From Erysipelothrix inopinata (lineage in GTDB: Bacteria; Bacillota_I; Bacilli_A; Erysipelotrichales; Erysipelotrichaceae): a DNA stretch of 32,000 nt. Of the stretch, positions 25,070 to 32,000 are shown piece after piece. The notes beneath the pieces were generated by a model. The model was given only the letters and a program-made list of their open reading frames with translations, searched no databases and was not told the origin of the DNA. The position numbers and the translations under genes are program-made. The stretch lies in the NCBI RefSeq assembly GCF_014396165.1, contig NZ_CP060715.1:2100001-2132000 (forward strand), in the 5' to 3' direction. Position 1 is the stretch's first letter. Each line of letters opens with the position of its first letter.

Positions 25070-25082
25070 AAGCATCTCCTTC

Positions 25083-25100
25083 TAACGTTAGTATACGTTA
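25083..25100. promoter_or_regulatory. perfect palindrome TAACGT-N6-ACGTTA abutting the recA SD (candidate operator)
   Basis: Seen directly in the 40-nt pgsA-recA spacer. A TATACT -10-like hexamer (minus strand, 25095-25090) sits in the palindrome centre. Confidence 0.3.
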
Positions 25101-25115
25101 AGTTTTGAATAAACC

Positions 25116-25709
25116 CTAGATTGTCTCACTGATGTAAGCACGGCTTTGAATAACATAAGATGCACCACTAAGAAGTGACATTAATGTAGCAAACCATACT
25201 GCAATGGATGAAACTGGGATATTATACAATTCAAATGGTAAGTTATTAAGTAACACTAAAATAATTGCAATCATTTGTGCTGCTGTTTTAACCTTACCTA
25301 AATAACCAGCAGCCATTACGAGACCTTTTTGTGATAGAAGCATTCGAACAGCATCCACCACAGTATCGCGCCATATCATAATTAGTACAGCCACGACAGG
25401 CACAACACCTTGTACAGCAAAGATAATAAATAATGTATTCACTAATAGTTTATCAGCAATTGGATCTAAGAATTTTCCAAATACTGTAATTTGATTACGA
25501 CTTCTTGCTATGTAACCATCTAAGAAGTCAGTGAAAGATGCTACTGTAAAAAGCACCAACACTGCAATATTTTTATACGATAATGTCACAAAATCAATTG
25601 AGATATAAGGTATAGAGATATTGAAATATGCATAGGGGAATAATTCCACCAACACAATAATTGGTATTAATATAATTCTAAACACTGTTAGTTTATTCGA
25701 TAAATTCAT
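25116..25709 (-). CDS. pgsA: CDP-diacylglycerol--glycerol-3-phosphate 3-phosphatidyltransferase
   Basis: 197 aa. CDP-alcohol phosphatidyltransferase motif DGYIARSRNQITVFGKFLDPIADKL. Multi-TM. Confidence 0.9.
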   Translation of the reverse strand: MNLSNKLTVFRIILIPIIVLVELFPYAYFNISIPYISIDFVTLSYKNIAVLVLFTVASFTDFLDGYIARSRNQITVFGKFLDPIADKLLVNTLFIIFAVQGVVPVVAVLIMIWRDTVVDAVRMLLSQKGLVMAAGYLGKVKTAAQMIAIILVLLNNLPFELYNIPVSSIAVWFATLMSLLSGASYVIQSRAYISETI

Positions 25710-25712
25710 TGC

Positions 25713-26606
25713 TTACTCCTCTACAAACTTGAAATTTAGTTTTGCTTTTCCTGCGAGACCTGAAACAGATTCATCAACTTCGACCGTTTCGCCATCGATG
25801 GTGAGCCCATTTCCTTGTGCATAACCAAATAGAATTTCTACAAATGTATCCTTTTGTGGTTGAACGATAACTTTTACTTCTTCATTGGGTTGGTATACCT
25901 TAGGAACCGGATTGGCCATACGTTTGGTATTTTCGTAGACTTCAATCCAGGAAGCATTCGCAATCTTCAAATCAAATACCACATTTTCGCCAGGCTTAAA
26001 TCCAGAAACTTCATAGTTTTTAGCGTCAATCTTTTTAATGACGACTTTCTTTGCAGTTTCTTCAGGTTTTTTCTCTGGTTCTTTAGTCTCAGTTTCCGTA
26101 TCATTTTCATCTTGTGGACGAACAATGACTTCTGGTTTATTGATTGGATCTTGAGCATCTTGAATCATGGGTAGAATCTTTGTAAAGAATGCGAACACTA
26201 AGAGTCCACTAATAATGATTACAAATGAGACCAGCCCAAAACTCTTTAAATCCAAACCTTTCGATTTCTTAACTTTTGTAGGTACAACACTCTTCTTAAC
26301 TCGATTTTGAATATTATTATTAATATCCTCATTTTTTTGAATTTGTGTCACACTCATCGTATGTGTAAACTCATTAATCGTTTCATCAAGTGAATCTCGA
26401 AGTTCATCATAATTTAAGTCTAGAGCATTCGCATAGTAACGAACAAAGTAACTCAAATACGATAAGTCATCTTTAAAAAATTGAATGTTCCCCTCTTCAA
26501 TTGCATTAAGTTGAATCGTTGACAATTTCGTTTTAATACTGACATCTTCAAGTGAATATCCAAGCTCTTCACGGCGGTTTTTTAATATTATTCCAATGTT
26601 TTCCAA
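25713..26606 (-). CDS. rodZ: RodZ-like cytoskeleton/shape protein (XRE-type HTH, TM segment, C-terminal beta domain)
   Basis: HTH reads IGIILKNRREELGYSLEDVSIKTKLSTIQLNAIEEGN, with a single TM (LVSFVIIISGLLVFAFF). Its position upstream of pgsA matches ymfM in B. subtilis. I prefer the TTG at 26606, 8 nt after a perfect AGGAGG. The longer track ORF (to 26657) would contain its own promoter. Confidence 0.7.
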   Translation of the reverse strand: MENIGIILKNRREELGYSLEDVSIKTKLSTIQLNAIEEGNIQFFKDDLSYLSYFVRYYANALDLNYDELRDSLDETINEFTHTMSVTQIQKNEDINNNIQNRVKKSVVPTKVKKSKGLDLKSFGLVSFVIIISGLLVFAFFTKILPMIQDAQDPINKPEVIVRPQDENDTETETKEPEKKPEETAKKVVIKKIDAKNYEVSGFKPGENVVFDLKIANASWIEVYENTKRMANPVPKVYQPNEEVKVIVQPQKDTFVEILFGYAQGNGLTIDGETVEVDESVSGLAGKAKLNFKFVEE

Positions 26607-26637
26607 ACCTGCAACCTCCTTAATGTCATTCATTAAG

Positions 26638-26666
26638 ATTATAACAATCATCACCAACTTTTACAA
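26638..26666 (-). promoter_or_regulatory. sigma-A-type promoter for rodZ-pgsA
   Basis: Minus strand reads TTGTAA (26666-26661), exactly 17 nt of spacer, then TATAAT (26643-26638). Confidence 0.55.
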
Positions 26667-26691
26667 TCTTAATTAAACTGTGGATAAAAAC

Positions 26692-26713
26692 AAAAAAAGG
26701 ACCGAAGTCCTTT
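26692..26713 (-). terminator. intrinsic terminator after rnpB
   Basis: Minus strand reads AAAGGAC-TTCG-GTCCTTT followed by TTTT. Confidence 0.7.
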
Positions 26714-26715
26714 AA

Positions 26716-27066
26716 TGCATTAACACTCAATAAGCCATGTCCTGTCGTGATAATCATTTATCTGTGAAATATATATTTCACCCTGCTTAATCTTGAATTC
26801 GATCTTGCAAGCTCCCCTACCAATTTTGGGTTTCTCGCTTATGGGGTTTACCTCGTTCCACTTTCACTCTTTCGAATGAAACTTCGTCACTGTGGCACTT
26901 TTATAGTCTCGATCCATAGTTTCCCTTAGGATGTTGATCCGCCGTTATAGATGCCTCTATACCTTGGCTTATTTTTTCACCAAGCACAAACACTACAACC
27001 ATCTCAGATTGTGCGAGCATGGACTTTCCTCTACATTTACATGCAGCGATTATCTTTCGTGTTATT
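26716..27066 (-). ncRNA. rnpB: RNase P RNA (bacterial, Bacillus/type B-like)
   Basis: The minus strand contains the universal blocks GAGGAAAGTCCATGCTCGCAC, AGTGCCACAGTGACGAAG, GTGGAACGAGGTAAACCCC, AGCGAGAAACCCAAA and ACAGGACATGGCTTA, in the same order as B. subtilis rnpB. The P1 helix pairs TAACAC (27064-27059) with GTGTTA (26726-26721). Ends are approximate to about 5 nt. Confidence 0.85.
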
Positions 27067-27069
27067 TAA

Positions 27070-27387
27070 TTATTGATTATTTCCTTCAAATACAGCTTGT
27101 TCTAAACGTGAGATACGTTTAAGAATATCAACATGACTGAATTGACTTGGAAATTCTTGTGAAACCCGGTTCTTACTCTCCAACTCAAGCAAACTACGAC
27201 GTTGTTGAGCTAAAGTTTCTTCATACTTATCTAACAATTCTTGTTGTTGTTCAATAATTGATTGAAAAAACTCATAATCTTGAATAACATCATCAAGGAA
27301 TTCATCAACTTCAATAGCGTTATAGCCCTTAAAGTCTACATGAAATTCTTTGTCGAAAATAGTTTCTTTTGTTAACTTTTGTCCCAT
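27070..27387 (-). CDS. gpsB: cell-cycle protein GpsB (DivIVA-domain)
   Basis: KETIFDKEFHVDFKGYNAIEVDEFLDDVIQDYE and the C-terminal VDILKRISRLEQAVFE parallel B. subtilis GpsB. I prefer the ATG at 27387, 7 nt after SD GAGGTG. The track start at 27396 is a GTG inside that SD. Confidence 0.85.
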   Translation of the reverse strand: MGQKLTKETIFDKEFHVDFKGYNAIEVDEFLDDVIQDYEFFQSIIEQQQELLDKYEETLAQQRRSLLELESKNRVSQEFPSQFSHVDILKRISRLEQAVFEGNNQ

Positions 27388-27589
27388 AAATTTCACCTCG
27401 TTATTATTATCTCAAATAACCGTTAGGACTGCAAGCACCTTATTTAATTCTTATCAATAGAAGATGGTATCTTTCACAAAATCTACATAAACCACATGTT
27501 TAGTTAGTTTTCATGTTATATGGATGGTGTCTAAATGGATATTTTGTGATATTTTCCCTTGTTTATAGTATAATAACCATGGTGATTGC

Positions 27590-28177
27590 ATGATACAGTA
27601 CCCTAGTGGGAAAAAAGTGAATTCCAAACAAAAAAGTCTTGGAATAACCAGTCGACGTGGAATGAGTCTGGAAGAAGATATCAACAAAACAAATGAAGCC
27701 TATCTCTTTAAAGATAGAGCTGTCGTTCATAAAAAACCGACACCGATTCAAATTGTGAATGTTGACTATCCTTCTCGAAATAAAGCTAAGATAACAGAAG
27801 CTTATTTCCGCCATGCCTCGACGACAGATTATCAAGGCGTTTATCAGGGGTATGCCCTTGATTTTGAAGCCAAAGAAACTAAAAATAAGACGTTATTTCC
27901 TTTAGCTTCATTACACGAGCATCAGCTCAATCACATTAAGGCCGTCAAACGCCATGGTGCCATTGCATTCTTAATCATTCGATTTAATGCATTGGATGAA
28001 ACCTATTTAATCTTCGCTGAAGATTTAATTAAACATATTAATCAAGATGATGTACGTTCATTGAGCATCCAATGGATTCGGTCTGTTGGATATGAAGTCT
28101 CTGGTACCTATCAAGTACCTTGCGATTATATTATGATCATTGATGATTACATTAAAAGGAGTAGTTATGACAAATAA
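27590..28177 (+). CDS. recU: Holliday junction resolvase RecU
   Basis: 195 aa. RGMSLEEDINKTNEAY...VVHKKPTPIQIV...TTDYQGVY.GYALDFEAKET matches RecU blocks. The recU-ponA arrangement matches Bacillus. Confidence 0.9.
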   Translation: MIQYPSGKKVNSKQKSLGITSRRGMSLEEDINKTNEAYLFKDRAVVHKKPTPIQIVNVDYPSRNKAKITEAYFRHASTTDYQGVYQGYALDFEAKETKNKTLFPLASLHEHQLNHIKAVKRHGAIAFLIIRFNALDETYLIFAEDLIKHINQDDVRSLSIQWIRSVGYEVSGTYQVPCDYIMIIDDYIKRSSYDK

Positions 28178-31100
28178 CAAAAATGAAATGGTTCCTAACG
28201 GGAAACGATCAGAAGTTGTGAATGCATCAAACTCTGATAATAACCCAAAGAAAACCAAGAAAAAGATTGTTAAAAAGAATAAGCCCAAAAAAGAAGGTCC
28301 TCGTGCCCAACGCATTGTTGCTTATATCTTAATCACAATCGTTTCCATTGGACTTATCGGAACGATGGTTGTCGGTGCCTTTGCATGGAAGAACATTCGC
28401 AACGCACCTGAAGTTACAAGCAGTTCGTTTATTCCAACAGCGTCTTCAACAATTCTCGATGATAAAGGGGAAGTAATCGCTAATACAGGTATGGTTCAAC
28501 GTAATAACGTTAAATATGATGAACTACCTGTTTCATTAGTTGATGCACTTGTATCTATTGAAGACTCTCGATTCTTTGGACACAATGGATTCGACGTTCC
28601 TCGTTTTACTAAAGCAGCGTTCTCAAACTTATTTGATTCGCTAAAACGTGGTCGTATCTCATTTGGACAAGGTGGATCGACACTCACCATGCAATTAATT
28701 AAAAACTCATTGTTTGTGAATGATGGTGATAAAGAAGGTGCTATTACAGGTGCTGCTTCTTCAGGTTCTGGTGGTATTTCTCGTAAGATTCAAGAAATTT
28801 ACCTTGCTGAAAAAGTAGAACGTAATAACATTCTTTCAAAAGAAATGATATTAGAACAATATCTAAACCGCATTGATTTTGGTGCTGGACGAGGCGGACA
28901 AATGGTTCGTGGTGTTGGTCAATCAGCAAAGGCATACTTCGGTAAAGAAGTTTCAGAACTCTCTTTAGTTGAATCAGCATTCCTTGCTGGAGTTCTCAAC
29001 GCCCCTTATGGTTACTCACCTTATTACAGTAGCTCTGAAACAGTAAACAAACGTACGCAAGAAGTTCTAAGCTTGATGGAGTATCACGGATACATCACTT
29101 CAGAAGAACGAGAATTAGCACGTAATGTTAAAGTTGAAAACTTACTTGTTGATAACTCAACGAACAATGTTGATTCAGTCGGTACACCTTACTTAGCATT
29201 TACTGACCAAGTCATGAAAGATGTTAAGAAGTTAACAGGTAAAGATCCTGCAACAACAACAATGATTATTCATACAACGATGAATAAAGAAGTACAACAA
29301 GCTATTGATAAAGTTCAAAACCGTGAAGTTGCTAATTTAAATCATGGTAAAGACCGTGAAATACAAATGGGATCTGTTGTTATTGAAAATGCTACTGGTG
29401 AAATAAAAGGTATTGTCGGAGGTTATGACTATGTTAATGCCTTAAGTAATCCACGTGGTACACAAACATTGAAACAACCTGCTTCTACAATCAAACCAAT
29501 TGTTGACTATGCACCTGCATTTGAATATCTCGGATGGGCAACTAGCCATGTCATTACTGACGAACCAATCGCATATACCAATAGCGGTGGAACGCTTTAT
29601 AACTATGACCGTGCCTTCCAAGGTGAAATCGAATTGAAGCAAGCAATCGGTGATTCACGAAATATCCCTGCTGTAAAAGCATTAAAAGGGGTTGTTGAGA
29701 AAATCGGTGAAGATGCGATGGTTGATTATCTTTATAACATAGGGTTCTCATCTGTTAAGAATAAAGATCAACAATTTAACCTTGGTTACGGAATTGGGGG
29801 ATCATTCCCTGCGAGTCCTGTACAAGTTGCTGGTGCTTATACCGTCCTCTTTAATGAAGGTAAATATATTGAACCACATACAGTAACTAAAGTTGAATTC
29901 CCAGATGAAAATACACCACCACTGATTCCAGAATACCCTTCAACACAAATCCTATCAGACGGCGCTGCTTACCTTGCAACACGAGGAATGTTAGATGTTA
30001 TGCAACAACCTCAAAACTGGACAGCAAACCCAATGAAACGTGGCTATCCAATCTTTGGTAAGACGGGTACACAACGTTGGGAACAAACTGATGGATCACT
30101 CTATGGTATCCCAGCTGGTAATCAAAAAGAACGTTGGATGGTTGGTGCTTCAAGTAAATTTAGTATTGCTACATGGACTGGATTTGATTTACCATCCAAA
30201 GATAACCGTCCTTACTTTACATCAGCAGAACACCAGTTCAACCTTGCTGGTAAGTTAAATGGTTACCTATTCAATGAACTTGATAAACAATATGGACCAG
30301 GTACTGATATTCCCGTACCAAGTTCTGTAACACAAATTACACATATTAAAGGACCATTCCCTTATCAATCACCACTTCCTGATATGAATAAGGATTTAGT
30401 AACAACAGGATACATTAAGAAAGAATTCGCATCACTTAAAGAAGCTACTGCACAATCACTCGATAGCTTATCAAGCCAAAAAGTAACTGCATCAGCATCT
30501 AAGAATACAATTAAATTTGATGTCGCATTATCCGCTTATCCAAACCCTGAAAAACTTAAGGTAGCAGATAGCAAACTAACCATGACAGCTCCTGATGGTG
30601 CAGTTTATACTGGTGCTAAGATTTATGATGAAACATGGATCTATGGTGCTGTACGTTATAAAACAGAGATACGTGTAAACGGTAGCCCTGTAAAAGAAGA
30701 ACTTTCAGAATCAGAAAACATCTCACTCACAATCAGTGCTCCTAAAGCAACTGACAAAGTACAAGTATGTTCATACTATACCTATGATAAAGCACCAAAT
30801 ATGAAGTCTAATGAAGTCTGTGAAGACATTGATGTTGGAGCACTTCCAGTATCTCAAGACTTTAGTCGCTTCATTGGGGATTCAATCTTCTCATTCAATG
30901 AGTGGTTAAAATCAATCGGCTCTACGAAAGAACCAAAAACTTCTTACCAATTCAGTGACAAGTACAATTACGATACAATTATGAAAATCAATCCTGATTA
31001 TTCAAACCAAAATGTAACGCAAAAACAAATGGCTGAAACTGAATACAACGTAACACTTGCTGATCGTGAAGTTAAAGCAGATGGTAAACAATCTGCCGCT

Positions 31101-31259
31101 AACTATAAAGCAGCGTACGGTAAGATTGTGACATTCCAAAATCCCTCAAACGATGATTCCAAACTTGTAAAAGGATTCATCGTTGATGGAAAAACAGTTA
31201 CTTCCTTCCCACTATCAAGTCAGAGTGGAAAAACAGTAACCTTAGTAATTGCTGACTAA
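28167..31259 (+). CDS. ponA: class A penicillin-binding protein (PBP1A-type, GT51 plus transpeptidase) with a long C-terminal extension
   Basis: GT51 motifs IEDSRFFGHNGFD and GGSTLTMQLIKN. Transpeptidase motifs ASTIKP (SxxK), SRN and KTGT. I prefer the ATG at 28167 with SD AAAGGAG upstream, which overlaps the recU end by 11 nt. Confidence 0.9.
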   Translation: MTNNKNEMVPNGKRSEVVNASNSDNNPKKTKKKIVKKNKPKKEGPRAQRIVAYILITIVSIGLIGTMVVGAFAWKNIRNAPEVTSSSFIPTASSTILDDKGEVIANTGMVQRNNVKYDELPVSLVDALVSIEDSRFFGHNGFDVPRFTKAAFSNLFDSLKRGRISFGQGGSTLTMQLIKNSLFVNDGDKEGAITGAASSGSGGISRKIQEIYLAEKVERNNILSKEMILEQYLNRIDFGAGRGGQMVRGVGQSAKAYFGKEVSELSLVESAFLAGVLNAPYGYSPYYSSSETVNKRTQEVLSLMEYHGYITSEERELARNVKVENLLVDNSTNNVDSVGTPYLAFTDQVMKDVKKLTGKDPATTTMIIHTTMNKEVQQAIDKVQNREVANLNHGKDREIQMGSVVIENATGEIKGIVGGYDYVNALSNPRGTQTLKQPASTIKPIVDYAPAFEYLGWATSHVITDEPIAYTNSGGTLYNYDRAFQGEIELKQAIGDSRNIPAVKALKGVVEKIGEDAMVDYLYNIGFSSVKNKDQQFNLGYGIGGSFPASPVQVAGAYTVLFNEGKYIEPHTVTKVEFPDENTPPLIPEYPSTQILSDGAAYLATRGMLDVMQQPQNWTANPMKRGYPIFGKTGTQRWEQTDGSLYGIPAGNQKERWMVGASSKFSIATWTGFDLPSKDNRPYFTSAEHQFNLAGKLNGYLFNELDKQYGPGTDIPVPSSVTQITHIKGPFPYQSPLPDMNKDLVTTGYIKKEFASLKEATAQSLDSLSSQKVTASASKNTIKFDVALSAYPNPEKLKVADSKLTMTAPDGAVYTGAKIYDETWIYGAVRYKTEIRVNGSPVKEELSESENISLTISAPKATDKVQVCSYYTYDKAPNMKSNEVCEDIDVGALPVSQDFSRFIGDSIFSFNEWLKSIGSTKEPKTSYQFSDKYNYDTIMKINPDYSNQNVTQKQMAETEYNVTLADREVKADGKQSAANYKAAYGKIVTFQNPSNDDSKLVKGFIVDGKTVTSFPLSSQSGKTVTLVIAD

Positions 31260-31270
31260 ATAAAAATGAA

Positions 31271-31299
31271 CCGTTCCTTAAATAAGGAGCGGTTTTTTT
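31271..31299 (+). terminator. intrinsic terminator of ponA
   Basis: CCGTTCCTT-AAAT-AAGGAGCGG followed by T7. Confidence 0.7.
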
Positions 31300-31310
31300 A
31301 ATATAAGAAA

Positions 31311-31334
31311 AGAGCACATGAATCCATGTGCTCT
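31311..31334 (-). terminator. intrinsic terminator of alr
   Basis: A 10-bp perfect stem, AGAGCACATG paired with CATGTGCTCT with a 4-nt loop, followed on the minus strand by TTTCTTATATT. Confidence 0.65.
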
Positions 31335-31337
31335 CGT

Positions 31338-32000
31338 TTATTTAATTGGGTTTACATAAATTCTTGGAACAGTATAACGAATTAGACTAATTAATTCATT
31401 AATAGATTGTCCTGTAATTTGGATGTAATCATAGATAGTTTGATCTTCATGACCAAATATCATAACCTTATCCTCAACTTCACAATCGATGCCTGTAACA
31501 TCAATCATAAACTGTGACATTGCGATATCTCCAGTAATAGGGCAATGATGTCCATTTACCATAACGCCACCACCATTTAAGGATAGACTCTTCATAACAC
31601 CATCACAATATCCTGCAGTGACTGTCGCAAGTTTCATATCTTGTGTTGCAGTAAAGGTACGTCCATAGCCTACGAACTCACCTTTCTTAATCTCTTTAAC
31701 CATACAGATACGTGCTTCCATGCTAAGGACAGGTTTGTATCCATCATGAAGAGATTCGTTTAATTGTGATGGATGGTAAAGGCCAAACATGACCATACCA
31801 CAACGAACAGCTGAATACCCTAGATCACCAAAATGAATGATGGAAGGACTGTTTTGCATGTGAGTCATCTTCGTATCAATACCTTCATCATGAAGTTTTT
31901 CAAGAACTTCATTAAAACGACGAATTTGATTTTTTGAAAATTCTGTAGCATCGCCATCATAGCTTTGAGCTTCGACAAAGTGAGAATAAATACCTGTAAT
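31338..32000 (-). CDS. alr: alanine racemase (C-terminal part; 5' end outside the window)
   Basis: The frame stays open beyond the track ATG to the window edge. My translation of 31869-32000 is ITGIYSHFVEAQSYDGDATEFSKNQIRRFNEVLEKLHDEGIDT, continuing into HMQNSPSII...VGYGRTFTA...ATVTAGYCDG. These are typical alanine racemase blocks. Confidence 0.85.
   Translation of the reverse strand: MTGIYSHFVEAQSYDGDATEFSKNQIRRFNEVLEKLHDEGIDTKMTHMQNSPSIIHFGDLGYSAVRCGMVMFGLYHPSQLNESLHDGYKPVLSMEARICMVKEIKKGEFVGYGRTFTATQDMKLATVTAGYCDGVMKSLSLNGGGVMVNGHHCPITGDIAMSQFMIDVTGIDCEVEDKVMIFGHEDQTIYDYIQITGQSINELISLIRYTVPRIYVNPIK

Noticed and set aside
26931-27122. 63-aa plus-strand ORF
   Set aside because: It lies antisense within the RNase P RNA gene and the gpsB 3' end. 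The conserved rnpB blocks explain this region.
27406-27434. TTGCAG-17-GATAAT as the gpsB promoter
   Set aside because: The hexamers and spacing are good. However, the predicted transcription start (~27399) would fall inside the gpsB SD (27400-27395), leaving essentially no leader. I did not list it as a feature.
27513-27593. 26-aa hydrophobic mini-ORF (MLYGWCLNGYFVIFSLVYSIITMVIA) ending across the recU start
   Set aside because: It has no SD, overlaps the likely recU promoter region, and short hydrophobic ORFs are expected by chance in T-rich DNA.
27563-28315. Minus-strand ORFs of 90 and 85 aa over recU and the ponA start
   Set aside because: They are antisense to recU and ponA, which have strong family signatures. 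The ponA-internal ORFs at 28496-28690, 28744-28980, 29442-29751 and 30040-30258 are rejected for the same reason.

Overview
This is a 32-kb stretch of a low-GC Bacillota (Firmicutes) chromosome. The taxon cannot be fixed from the sequence alone; it looks like Bacilli or Erysipelotrichia.

Most of the window is housekeeping backbone. Local gene order mirrors Bacillus subtilis: rodZ(ymfM)-pgsA-recA-rny-ymdB (with no cinA between pgsA and recA), gpsB-rnpB, and recU-ponA. Other backbone genes are mnmA, spx, trpS, a monofunctional GT51 glycosyltransferase, yneF, proS, an LPXTG-anchored 5'-nucleotidase, DUF1836-degV, ftsK, rnj and alr. One RNA gene was recognised, RNase P RNA, on the minus strand directly after gpsB. 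I saw no tRNA, rRNA or CRISPR array.

The only clearly accessory block lies at about 13.2-21.6 kb and has two parts:
- A 1294-bp IS3-family element, inserted between the ymdB stop codon and what looks like its original terminator.
- A compact minus-strand operon of three genes: a 47-aa acidic ORF; an ECF-type sigma factor fused in one polypeptide to a transmembrane segment and a ~270-aa unassignable outer domain; and a ~1620-aa LPXTG/Cna-B surface adhesin.

The adhesin is currently split into two ORFs by a 1-nt frame change at a G5 tract. This sigma-sensor-adhesin cassette is the best candidate for something undescribed.

Secondary oddities:
- The RNase J has degenerate metal-binding motifs.
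- The 300-nt region between yneF and proS is ambiguous: a T-box-like motif on one strand, an extended -10 promoter on the other.
- A strong terminator sits 6 nt upstream of the SD-less start of the mgt-trpS pair.
- recA is preceded by a perfect palindrome rather than a Cheo box.

All coordinates were anchored to the supplied ORF track. Product calls rest on motifs I could read in the translations, not on database searches.
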